This document shows positions 51,555 to 63,847 of a DNA stretch of 64,000 nt, in pieces; position 1 is the stretch's first letter; every line of letters starts with the position of its first letter. Origin of the DNA: Octopus sinensis. Taxonomy: Eukaryota. The stretch spans positions 45,198,001-45,262,000 of the forward strand of contig NC_043006.1 of assembly GCF_006345805.1 (NCBI RefSeq). Direction: 5' to 3'. The notes beneath the pieces are model-generated. The model did no database searches and was not told the origin of the DNA. It worked only from the letters and a program-made list of their open reading frames with translations. Made by a program: the position numbers and the translations under genes.

Positions 51555-51720
51555 GAAGATTTTCGGCTGGTCACGCAGCTATTTACGCTCTGCTTCCTAT
51601 GCTTTTTCGTCCGTAGCAAATCGACGACCTCGTAAAGTATATCTGAGCGGTCCAAAGAGGTGATAGTCAGATAAGGCGAGATCTGGACCGGTTGCAGAGT
51701 GTACCGGCAACTCGAAACAC
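51555..51720 (-). mobile_element. Mariner transposase C-terminal remnant
   Basis: PDLALSDYHLFGPLRYTLRGRRFATDEKA*EAERK*LRDQPKIF matches the SPDLAPSDYHLF...LRG motif; contains stops. Confidence 0.75.
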
Positions 51721-52039
51721 AATCAAATATCTTTGACCATAGGCCTGTTGGAACAGAGCTGGTAAGGGGCAAAACAAAACTGATGTATTTGAAATGAAAA
51801 CAAGTTTCAAAAAATAAGAATCACATAGAAAAACAAACAAACATTTTATTGATACTCTCTCTACAAATAACAGTAAATAGTTTACACAAATGGAATGTCC
51901 TGTTGTTGAGTTGAAGGCATTCGGTGAAAGATTGGGAACATGTGAACACATTTCAGTTTAAACTTAGCAGCAGAAGTAATGGGAGAGGAGAGGGGAAGGA
52001 ATTTTCTCCTGCCCTCCTCTTCTGACCTTAAACACCAAC

Positions 52040-52140
52040 ACACACACACAGCACCAATCAGGTTGTTTTTAAACGCAGAGAAAAATTTGATGTAGATGGC
52101 GCTGACTAGTTATGGTATTGACGAAACTGAACCGGATGTC
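52040..52140 (+). promoter_or_regulatory. Possible housekeeping-type promoter motif cluster
   Basis: CCAATCAG (~52043), AGATGGCG (YY1-like, ~52094) and ACCGGATGT (ETS-like, ~52131) in CpG-retaining unique sequence just left of the CpG-depleted domain. No exon confirmed. Confidence 0.3.
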
Positions 52141-53095
52141 AGTTATAGAGCGAACGGTTGCACAATTAACGCTGTGACAATCAGCGTTGGAGAAGGAAAT
52201 AATCACTCTACAAACTGAAACCGCGATACGGTTTCAATCTCTAACTGAAGAAACACTTGCATTGCGAAAGCTGTTATTGCCACTGGGGAAAAAAGCAATG
52301 AATTTCTCCTTGAATAACATAAAGCTTTAATACTTAGTCAAAAAGAATTGCTGTCAATACGAGATAACCAAGAGGCGACGAACAGACAGAATCGTTAGCA
52401 CGAGAGACAAAAAGATGTGGCATTTCGTCTGTCTTCGCGTTCTGGGTTCAAATTCCGCTGAGATCAACTTTACCTTTCATAATTTCGGGGTCGATGAAGT
52501 AAGTACCAGTTAAACACTGGGGTCGATGTAAACGACTTACTCCATCCACCAAAACTGCTGACCTTGTGCCAAAATTTGAAACCAATATTAGACAACTAAG
52601 CTGTGCTAAACTTAAGGTTAGTCGAAATAACAATCTGGTTTCGATTCTCAGTTGAAACTATCACGTTTCAGTTATATCACTAAAGTTCTTAACAAGGTAC
52701 TACTATTACATAATTTATTTCTCTCCATCTACTACAGACACACATGCTTTTCTGATCTAGGTCATCTTACCATTTCAAAAATGTAAGGATACGTTGATTG
52801 ATGTAGTCCAAGTTAGATTTTCACCTCAAAAATGGATGAGGTAATGGCGTAAATATTTTTAATCACAAGTCTGCTTAATCAGGGCCAATTTGGATTAAAC
52901 AACGATCATAACAATTCACATCACGCCCTTCTATTTGCTGAACTCATTGATTAAATTATTCTGATTGCCTTTGCAAGCAATTGACCATAACTGAATATGT
53001 TAGCATGAACTAAGAAAAATATGTGATGGAAGTTATGTGTGCATTTCCTTTGAGCTATAGTGACATAAAAGGAGAGTTTCTCCAGCTGTGAATTA

Positions 53096-53267
53096 CCGTA
53101 TTTTAACGTGTATAAGGAACCCCCTAATTTGAGAGGGCTTAAAATTTGGAAAAAAAGGTTTTGTAAAGAATTATAATACTATCCCTGTATAAGAAACTCC
53201 CATATTCTTTAAACCTAATTTTTGACCAAAAAAAGTGGGGAGGGTCCTTGTACACGTTAAAATACGG
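53096..53267. mobile_element. Tc1/mariner-superfamily (pogo/Tigger-like) MITE
   Basis: 22-bp TIRs ccgtattttaacgtgtataagg / ccttgtacacgttaaaatacgg (1 mismatch); TA TSD. Confidence 0.85.
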
Positions 53268-56200
53268 TAAATGATGGTCACCAATTCAGATTGCTGACAA
53301 CATACCTCTTAGTCTACCAAACTATGAAGCAAAGGTATGAAACACTGAAAGTTTATTGAATAAGTACAATGGCTGTATAAGACGCAAGAATTGTGTAAAA
53401 GGAGTTTGAAGTCGTGTCTAATATCTGAAATGAGTTATTGTAAATAAGATTATTATTTTTCATTCATTAGCTTCATCTTTAGAAATGAAATATTTTCCAA
53501 TTACACAAACGTTTTGATGACTGATCTGTCATTAGATCATCCTCATCGTTAAACGTCTAGTTTTCCCTACTTACATGTCGTTGTGTTGCCAACCCTCACC
53601 CGTTTCAAAGCAAGGTAGTATTTCCCCATGACCAAACGTTTTTCATGGAAGACTGGAAACCAAGGAAACACTTGTATGACGGTGGCGCTCGTTTCCAAGT
53701 ATGACATTATGTCAACAAAAAATACACAAACACGTGTGTTTGTACATGACACGCTTCTTTCAGTTTCATCTACCAAATTCAGCCACAAGGCTTTGTGGTT
53801 GGCCCAAAACTAAAATAGACATTTGCCCAAGGTGCCATACAATGATACTGAACACACAACCATGTGGTTGGAAAGCAAACTTCTTAAACACACAGCCATG
53901 TCAGCACTTAGATATCTTTTTCTTTTAATGTGTACATAGCACATAATATCAGACTTGATTCTTACTAGGAATCCTTATTTCTAAAAAAAAAAAAAAAAAG
54001 TGGGTAGTGATGGTCATATCAACTAGTCCCTTATGCTTAAACATTGACAAATAAGACTTTTTTTTGTTTGTCATTTGACTGCGGCCATATTGGAGCAACG
54101 CCTTTAGTCGAACAAATCGATCCCGGGACTTATTCTTTGTCAGCCTAGTACTTATTCTATCGGTTTCCTTTGCCGAACCGCTAAGTTACGGGGACGTAAA
54201 CACGAACATCGGTTGTCAAGCGATGATGGGAGGGGAACAAACACAGACGCAAACATATATATATATACATACACACAAGTGATCAAGGAGTTCGACCAGG
54301 TTTAGACAGGATTTCAAGCAGAGTTGTATGTTTAAAAAGTTTGCTTTGCAACTGGTTTCAGGTTCCGTTTTACTGTGCAATATTTTGGGCAATTGTCTTC
54401 TACATCCATTGATGACTCAAGATTGAAGTTTCATACATGGAAACTGTATGAAAATCTATTGAAGGGTCTTCTGTTCTTACAAGATTGACATAATTCTAAT
54501 TCTTAGAGAACTGGCATCATTGTCTGGTTTAACATTATCTTTTGACCCATGGGTGCCTTTTAGCAGAGTTCATTCTGTTATAAACATTAGGACTAAGCTT
54601 CCAGTCTGAAGATGACTTCATTTCTTCCTATCAGTTTCAAGAGCCTTAAAAATAGCTGTAATTGCTAGCCTTCCTTCTGTCATGTGAAAAAAAAAGAGGT
54701 TCTCTGTTGCATTGAACAGATCAAATGACTACAGAGATATTTATCACAACTATCACCTTATCTTTGAAATAAGATCTACATATTTTAAATATTAGAACAT
54801 TATTTCCACAATAAAGATCACATGACAAATAGTTAGGATCACCATTCAAATTCTTTGTATAATTGATTATTGGTCCATATTTACAATTACCCAAGAAGTG
54901 ATGACCAGGGCTACCCAACAAATACAGTTTAGTAAAGTGAGATTAAACAAGGCATTCAGAACAGAAGGCAGGAATTCTAAGTCTTCAGGGTAGCTTATAT
55001 ATTGAGCACATCTGGCGATAGCAAATCAGATCAAACTGAAGATCTAAACCTTGAACATTTGTATATGCTCTTTTACTTGTTTCAGTGATTTGACTGTGGC
55101 CATGTTGAAGCATCGCCTTTAGTCGAGCAAATCGACACCAGGACTTATTCTTTGGAAGCCTAGTACTTATTCTATCAGTCTCTTTTGCCGAACTAAGTTA
55201 TGGGGACGTAAACACACCAGCATCAGTTGTCAAGCAATGTTGGGGGGACAAACACAGACACACACACATATATATATATACGACCGGTTTCTTTTAGTTT
55301 CCGTCTACCAAATCCACTCACAAGATTTTGGTCGGCCCGAGGCTATAGTAGAAGACATTTGCCCAAAGTGCCATGCATTGGGGCCGAACCCGGAACCATG
55401 TGGTTGGTAAGCAAGCTACTTACCACACAGCCACTCCAACGTCTATTTGTATATGTTAACTGTAACAAGGTTAAAAAGAACAGGATCTGAGAGGAGAGGG
55501 AACAGGGGACACTAAACTAGTTGAATTGGAAACAGAAGTATAAGGAAAGTTAATGGAGCTAATGTAGAACACTTGAAATAGATTCCATACAGTTAGAATT
55601 GGTGTCAATATGCTTGCTGATAAAAACTAGTTGGTTGTACATATATACTCATTTCATTTGGTCCTGCACTTTCAAACATGATTCCTTAACACATTGATAA
55701 GTTATTTTGGTTGCATCATATATCCAGACATCACCACTTATTACCATATATATTTAAACATGTTCCTTTACAAAACAAATTAAAGCCTGCAATAGTTACA
55801 ATGTTATCTGGACAAATATAACTAGAGCAGTAAAAAGTTGTTCAGTTTGTCAGATAAATTAAAGTTTTAAATAAAATCCATTAAAAAAAATTTTTTTTTT
55901 CTTTTTTTTTTTTTCTTTTTTTGATTAAACCATAAATTCAAAAAAAAGTTTTTGTGAAGCTCAAACAATTCAAAATCTGTTGCAAAGTGAAATTAGTCCA
56001 TTTCATTGGTAACAAATATCAGGTTTTTATGTAAGGTCTTACTTTTGTATTATTATAAGTTGCTGGTTTATACTAACTGCTGAAAAATATTGATACTCAG
56101 AATACTCAGAGAGAGAGATATATATTCAATGTGAACTGCTGCTCAATGAGCAATAGTAATCAATTTTCATTAAATATGAATAAACACTGTATAACAATTT

Positions 56201-58381
56201 TCTTTTGTCTTTGGTCAGTAAGTGTTATTTCCTATTTGTTTCCATCTAGAAATCAAAAGAAATGGTAACTATTCCCTTCATACTTTGGTTTTGTGATCTG
56301 GACATCAATGTTTTAAAATTGACATTTTCCATTACGTTTCAGACATATTGTTAAAGCAAATATTCTGCTCAGTATCACACATTTGCTTGTCGATTGCTTG
56401 ACCATAACCACTTGAGCATGTCCCTTAGTGGCTGACAGTATATGCATCTCTGACCATGAGCAACAGTGGTGGGGGAGCATTATAGCCATGCATTGGGAGG
56501 GATTCTTTGGGGTTTGAATAAATGTAACAAAAGCAAAGTTTAACGGAAACATTAGCCATTTTTCATACCTTCTAGGGGTAAGCAGACAGGAAATAACAGT
56601 TGCTACCCAAGGACAAAAATCATGTTACACAGTGTAATGTTTTTGTATTCAGATACCTATATATATTGTTGGAACAATTTTCTCAATTATAAAGTAACAA
56701 TTACAAAAGATATCTCCAGCAATTCAATTGGTCATACTGTCAAATTTTGGTCATTAACAAATTTAAATATCTTTTTGACTAGAGTTCAAACTCACCAGCA
56801 TTTTCTCTCTCAGTAAAAAGAAATTATAAAAAAAAACCCAAGAGGTTAACTGTTTGACTTTTTTTGGAATTCAGAGATTAGTCACGAAGGCACCAATTTT
56901 AATAATACAAATAAACTGTGATATCAGCCTCCTTTGAAAACTTATGAATGGATGTGAACTCTGCACAGCAAGCTAACAAGCCTTTGTCAATTACCATACT
57001 GCATACAGCAGTAGCTTATACTTCCCTATGACACTTATTTATAAAGCAAAGTTCACAATGCACTCCGAGACAATAGCACATGCCTCTCTATTATACTTAT
57101 TTATACAACAATGTTCATATTGCACTCTGATATACAGTGCCAGTGAGGGAATGAAAATACCATTACTTCACACAATGAACCATCACACTAAAAAATTCAA
57201 TAAGCTGTTGTGTATTTGTAGCCTGCAATACAAAAAATAAGTTCAGATGTTGCTGTAGCCATTATGCTGTGCTCTTAAGCAAGATAAATATTATTCTTGC
57301 TGCAACCAACTTAGCACTCATCCATTATTCCTAGCGACAGGTGAAATGAAGGGTGTCAACTTGGAATGTTATTTACTTCATCAGGTATATAAATAGAAAA
57401 GTTGCAGAAAGTCAACACCATTCGTGCTACTGTGGAAATAAAGGTTGTAGAATAGTTTTAAATAAAAAGTTAAGAAAGCAGAGCTCCAGCATGACCACTG
57501 TCAAATGACAAACAAACAAAAAAAATACAAACAATATCAAGCATTAGACTAACTGAAATGAAGACCTAGATTATCCCAAAAGTATATTCATACCAACTTT
57601 GTTAAATTGTTCCATATGCTATTCTTACCCTTTTTAATATATATCTATGTGCTGAGTTCCTTAACTATTTCATCCTTTTGGTGCTGACCCCCTTAAGACA
57701 ATCCCAGATTATATAATACAAAACTGTCCATTTTAAAATGTCCACATTTAAATTAAAACCTTCCCTCATAAAATCATTTAAGAACCCTTTTTTGCTATGT
57801 TCCAAACACCAACGTAATAAAAGGTAAGTTATTTTAGTGCAACCCCTCCAAATTACAAATAAATTTTATAACTGAAATACATTTTGAATGTTTCATTAGA
57901 AATATTGTCACAAAATGGTTAAGTTATTTTCGTTTTATATTTTCAGCACCAATTTCCTGCAACTGCTAGAAAAAAAAAAACTTAACTGATATTACATAAC
58001 ATTTCCAAAAGAATAAACTGCAGCAGACTCTTATCACTGCGAAATATGTACTGTTTTTGCTGTACAGATTACACCTTTACAATAAAGAGCTTGGTCTTGT
58101 ATCACCTATGATGGACTGTGTGAGAAATATGTTATATTAATTTAGATGAAATAATTCTGTGTTGGGTTCATTTGCTGGAGTTAAGTTCGACTTCTTCTAA
58201 GTATGAACTTGTACTACTTATATTGTCCGATTTCACAGATGTTGTTGATGTTTTCATAACTACAGCTTTGGAGAAACTTAAGCTTCAGAAGAATACCATT
58301 TCAAATCTCTCTGGCACTATTGATCAATCAATGGAGCTAAAAAAGACTCAACTGTGATGTATACTCTGTCTGGCACACCTT

Positions 58382-58517
58382 TCAGTCAATGTCTTCAGGA
58401 ACCTGATCTTCAGCATGTAATAACCAGGTAACCACTATGATTGAGAGAAAAACAGTTGTTGCATACATCAGGGTGTACAAATGGCTGGCCTTTTTCTCAA
58501 TGGAGAAACCAATGTAC
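58382..58517 (-). CDS. Terminal coding exon of the FG-GAP/NERD1-like gene (C-terminal transmembrane helix)
   Basis: Acceptor ctttattattcAG|G completes the phase-2 Gly codon. Reads (G)YIGFSIEKKASHLYTLMYATTVFLSIIVVTWLLHAEDQVPEDID*, with TGA at 58382-58384. Hydrophobic stretch followed by a short acidic tail. Intron 58518-63847. Confidence 0.85.
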
Positions 58518-60279
58518 CTGAATAATAAAGAACATCAATCATTGAATATAACAAAAGAAAAGAAAATCAAGGAATTTTGAAAACATACAATTCTTGAAAA
58601 ATTATGCTTGAAAATAAAACATTTAACAACTGCCATCGCACAGATCTATTCAATCAAAGCTAACTGGATTTACTTACTAAAACATCTGCAACAGATAAGT
58701 CATTATTCATTTGTTTGAAATGGATGACACTTCATCATCACCATTTAATGTTCCCTTTTCAGGCTGGGTTGGACAGTTTAACAGGAATTGGTATGACTGA
58801 GGATCACACCAGGCTGCATTGCCTGTTGCGGCATGGTTTCTAAGGATGGATACTCTTCCTACTATCCATCACTTTACAGGGAGTAAACGTCTCACTTGTA
58901 TTATACCCTTCATATTCCGAGAAATTGAAAACTGTTTTTCTAGTGAGTCTTTTAAGCAAATGGCTTTCTTTTACCTACAGTCAAGAATGCTTCTCTCACT
59001 TTCTGTGTGTTTGTGGTAGAAGTACTTAAACAGTATTGTACTATTTAAGGCGGCGAGCTGGCAGAATCGTTAGCACGCCGGGTGAAATGCTTAGCAGTAT
59101 TTCGTCTGCTGCTATGTTCTGAGTTCAAATTCCACCGAGGTCGACTTTGCCTTTCATCCTTTCGGGGTTGATTAATTAAGTACCAGTTACGCACTGGGGT
59201 TGATATAATTGACTTAATCCGTTTGTCTGTCCTTGTTTGTCCTCTCTGTGTTTAGCCCCTTGTGGGTAGTAAAGAAATAGGTATTTTGTTTGCCGTTACG
59301 TTCTGAGTTCAAATTAGAGTAGGGTGGAGCTAATAGGCAGTTAGCTAAGATAAGAGCTTCCTATTCTAGACAAAAGCTTTGTTGCTGTCAATGTCAATAA
59401 TATTTACTTTCATTAGAATTCTCAAGAGTCAGATAACAGTGTGTGTGTGAGTCCATTAGATCCAGATCTATAAAACCTATTCTGGGCATCACTGAGAATC
59501 CGTTTGCACCCGCTCACATCACTTTTAAGGTATTTGAAGTGAGGTTGATTAAGCCAGAATGAGAGATGATTTGACATGACTGACTGGACATTCAGCCAGT
59601 TTTTGCAACGGAACTCTTTGATGATGAACCCAAAACACACGCACACACACACACAGAGGAATGTACATATACAGAGAGAGAGAGAGAGAGAGAGTGCAAG
59701 GGGAAAAGAGAGACATTACAAATCATTGAACAAGACTGACATAAACACTTTTCCTCTCCACGTACACAGAGAGAGAGAAAGAGAGATAAATATGCTCACA
59801 CACAGAGAGCAAGGAAAGAATGAGAGAAGCATTAAAACATCTGATGTCAAATAAGTCAGCATCAAATCAGTGATGCCAAATAGGCATCACCACAACAGCT
59901 GTGCCAAAACGTCTCGGAACATACCCTAATAAGACAAGATGAGAGAGGGAGAGAGAGAGATAGCTTGCCCCTTCTGGTGCAACAGACAGAGCTGTTAACC
60001 ACCAACAAAGACAGATGGACAACAGGTCTATGTCAGCACAACATGAAACAGGGGAGAACCAACAGTTCTATAGAGCTGATAACTGCAGTTTGCTATAGAG
60101 CAGAGAAGTATGTGGACCATTGCTGGTTCTATGTTAACAGCAGTTTATTAATAGAGCAAGCACAACATGAGTTAGTTGTAGTGGGAAGTTAGAGTGAAAT
60201 GGATAACAGACATGGATACCATAAAATGGAACATAGGTTTTATGCTAACATAACATCCTGTACACCGAGGCAGCGGAAG

Positions 60280-62250
60280 ACAGATGCTACGGTGGTGGTG
60301 GTGGCAGAGGGTGGAAGGTAGGGTGCCAGGAGGGTGGGTGAGGTGAGGGGCACAGCAGAGCTAATTAGGTGATGATAAAACCCAAACATTAAGTTCTCCT
60401 GTACTGGTGGGACGAGATAGACACTAAAAGAAAACAACAACAATAAAAACAAAAATTTTTTGACAATAAAATTGCAAAACAAAACAAAACATTAAAACTC
60501 AAAACAACAAAAAAAATTTACAATACTGACAGTAGTAGTAGTAGTAGAAATAGTGGTATGTATTGTTAGTGATCACTGTGGTGGTGGAGGTGGTAGTAGC
60601 AGCAGCAATATGAATTGTTGCTGCTGATGATGATGGTGGTGGTAGTGGTACAGGTGATGATGGGAGTGTTGTTGTGGTGGTGGTGGTGGCAGCAATACCA
60701 ACAATATTTTTTGTTGTTGGCAAAGATATATGGGTGCCGGTGATGTTAGTGGAGAGTGGGGGGGACGGATGATGTTGATGAAAGTATCCATGGACATGAC
60801 AATATTGTTGCTGTTGTTGACAATGGTAACCACGGTGATGATGTTTTTGTTATTGGTGGAGGTATATGTGGCACTGTTGTTGTTCTTGTTGTTGTTGGAG
60901 GTTTAAGTGATAATGGTGGTGGTAGTGGTGCTGGTGGAGGTACAGGTAATGGTCTTGTCAATGGTGGTGGTCATGCTATAATCAGTGGTTGTATTTTTGC
61001 TACTGTCACTGCTTGCTGGTTGTTTAGCATCAGATACACACTCTAATCAAAAAGCATTCCAACCATGACAATCTCATCTTTTCATACACTTAGAAAGTCA
61101 TTGACCAATGTCTCCATTTTCATTTTAAGAACAGTAGGGTGTCATTTGAGGGAATTTTGCAGTTAGTTGCTATTTTTAGCATGTTAAACCACCACATAGT
61201 GGCACCTCCTTCATTAAACTGTTTGTTGTTGTTGGTGTTGTGATAGTTGTGGTGGTGGTGGTGGTTGTGATTTGTGGTTGGTGGTGATGGTATTGGTTGT
61301 GGCAGTATAAGGCGGCGAACTGGCAGAAACATTATCACGCCGGGTGAAATGCTAAGTGGTATTTCGTCTGCCACTACATTCTGAGTTCAAATACCGCCGA
61401 GGTCGACTTTGCCTTTCATCCTTTCGGGGTCGATTAAATAAGTACCAGTTATGCACTGGGGTCAATGTAATCGGCTTAATCCGTTTGTCTGTCCTTGTTT
61501 GTCCCCTTTGTGTGTAGCCCCTTGTGGGTAGTAAAAAAAGAGGTATTGGTTGTGGCAGTATGGTGGTACTTTTATCATTGGTGTTGTTGTTGTAGTAGGT
61601 GTGGTGATATTGGCAGTGGTGGTATTTTGTTGTTGTTGGTGGTGAAATGTTCATTATAGCTTTTGCTGTTGTTGTTGTTGATATTGGTGGTAGTGTTGGT
61701 GACAATTATGGTGGAGTGGCAGTATTTATGGAGGTGGAGGAGAGAGCGTTTGTGTAGGAATAATACAGTGGGAAGCAGAGATAGTCGAGAGACTATAAGT
61801 AGCAAGGGAGGGGTAGTAATTACAGGAAAGAGAGAAAGAGGGGGAGTAAGGAAAGGAAATAGAGAGAACAGGAAGACAGAGAGAGAAGGGAAGAGGGTGA
61901 CATAGAGGGCATGAGATAAAGTAAGGATGGAGAGAAATAGAGATATAGATAGAGTGAGAGAGAGGTGAGGAGTAAAAAAAATACTGACAGAAGAAAGGAG
62001 AGATGGGGGAAATCAAAGTAGTGAGTGAAGGGGAGAGAGAGAGAGAGAGAGACAAGGAGAGAATGAGCGAAAGAGAGCAGAGACAGATAGAGATGGCAGT
62101 AGAGAGAAACAGTGAGTGTGTGGGAGGGAAGAGAGAGAGGAAAATAATGAAACCGTATACAGCAGTGACAAAAACTGAAAAAAGAAGAGTAAGAGAAAGA
62201 AATGGATTAACAGCAAAGCGTGTGTGAGTGCAGACAAGACAATAAATATT
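60280..62250. repeat. Intronic (GGT/GTT/AGT)n and (GA)n low-complexity region
   Basis: Directly visible; interrupted by the SINE at 61309-61541. Confidence 0.85.
61309..61541 (+). mobile_element. tRNA-related SINE family B, full length, with perfect 20-bp TSD
   Basis: Head aaggcggcga(g/a)ctggcagaa, core gtcgactttgcctttcatcctttcggggtcgat, tail tgtccttgtttgtcccc...ccccttgtgggtagtaaa. TSD ggtattggttgtggcagtat at 61289-61308 and 61542-61561. Other copies (approximate): 59047-59280, 52390-52590, 50961-51160, 19610-19700 (+); 1490-1880, 13680-14095, 23040-23130, 51310-51465, 62990-63088 (-). Confidence 0.9.
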
Positions 62251-62570
62251 GGTGAACCCAAAGCTGCATGGTTAAGAAGACCACTTGGCAACCATATAGT
62301 TTCAAGTTCAGTCCCACTGTACAGCACCATAAGTAAGTGTCTCTTCTACTATAGCCCCCAGGCTAACCAATGCCATGCCAATGAATTTGATCAACAGAAA
62401 CTCTGCGAAAACCAATCTCTCTCTCTCTTTCACACACACACACACACCATCCTCCTCATCAATGTCATCATTTAACATCTGCCTTCCATGCTAGCATGGG
62501 TGTGACAGTTTCACAAGAGCCGGCCAGGCAGAAGCCTGCACCAGACTTCTGTGATAGTTTGGGCAGGATT

Positions 62571-62935
62571 TTTACAGCTGGATGCCCTTCCTAACACCAA
62601 CCACTCAGCAGAGAGGACTTGGTGCTTTTAACGTGGCACAAGCACAGGCGAGGCCAGTTCTGGCAAGATTCTTACAGCTTGATGCCCTTCCTAAAACCAA
62701 CCACTCAGCAGAGAGGACTTGATGCTTTTAACGTGGCACAAGCACAGACGAGGTCAGTTCTGGCAAGATTCTTACAGCTTGATGCCCTTCCTAAAACCAA
62801 CCACTCAGCAGAGAGGACTTGGTGCTTTTAACGTGGCACAAGCACAGGTGAGGTCAGTTCTGGCAAGGCTCTTACAGCTTGATGCCCTTCCGAACACCAA
62901 CCACTTTACAGTGTGGACTGGGTGCTTTTAAGTAG
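62571..62935. repeat. Tandem repeat, exact 100-bp period, about 3.6 copies, inside an interspersed element with a (TGA)n tail
   Basis: gatgcccttc recurs at 62581, 62681, 62781 and 62881. Confidence 0.92.
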
Positions 62936-63545
62936 CACCTGCACAGACAGGATCACCAAGTACTTGCAAAAAGATGAAAAGCAAAGTTTCACCTTGGCAG
63001 CATTTGAACTCAGAACATAAAAACAGAAAAATTGCTGCTAAGCATTTTGCCCAGCATGCTAACAATTTGGCCAGTTCACCATCTTAATGAAAACAACAAC
63101 AACACAACTATGATTTCTAAAAACAGCCAGAAGGGAAGGTTTAATAAAATGAAATACTTGGTCATCATCATCATCATCGTTTAACGTCTGCTTTCTATGC
63201 TAGCATGAGTTGGATGATTTGACTGAGGACTGGCAAACCAGATGGCTGCACATTTTATAAATCCCTGGAATAATCTGTCAAAATGAGCCGTGGCTTAATT
63301 TGACTTTCATTCTTTGACATGTTTAAGTTGTTTGACTGTGGCCATGCTGGAGCACTGCCATGAAGGGTTTTACTCGAACAAATCAACCCCAAGACTTTCT
63401 TTTTTTTTTTAAGCCTAGTACTTATTCTATCGGTCACTTTTGCCAAACTGCTAAGTTATGGGGACATAAACAAACCAGCACTGGTTGTCAAGTGGTGATG
63501 GAGAGACAAACACAGGCACAAAGACACACACACATAGATACATAC

Positions 63546-63581
<36 letters not shown>

Positions 63582-63847
63582 TAACAGGCATCTTTCAGTT
63601 TTCGTCAACGAAATCCACTCACAAGTCTTTGGTCAGCCTGATGCTATAGTAGGAGACATTTGCCCAAGGTACCACACAGTGGGACTGAAACCAGAACTAT
63701 GTGGTTGGGAAGCAAGTTTCTTACCACACAGCTACACCTGCACCAAAGAGAGATAAATAATAAAAGGCATTTCAGTTAAGACTCAGCTACACACCGATAA
63801 CACTAATAAAACAACATGCACCAAACATTGACACTAAAATTACTCAC

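Noticed and set aside
51515-51772. 85-aa minus-strand ORF with a plausible acceptor upstream
   Set aside because: Another frame of the same strand gives a mariner motif (PDL..SDYHLFGPL) with stops, so it is a transposon relic.
54894-54990. Box C (GTGATGA) with a short terminal stem, snoRNA-like
   Set aside because: No canonical CUGA box D and no recognisable rRNA guide.
56252-56266. 15-nt candidate plus-strand microexon (…catctAG|AAATCAAAAGAAATG|GTAACT)
   Set aside because: Splice-like signals arise often by chance in AT-rich DNA, and no partner exons were identified.
62571-62935. Regularly spaced repeats suggesting a CRISPR-like array (also the tRNA array)
   Set aside because: Whole units repeat with no unique spacers, the context is eukaryotic and there are no cas genes.
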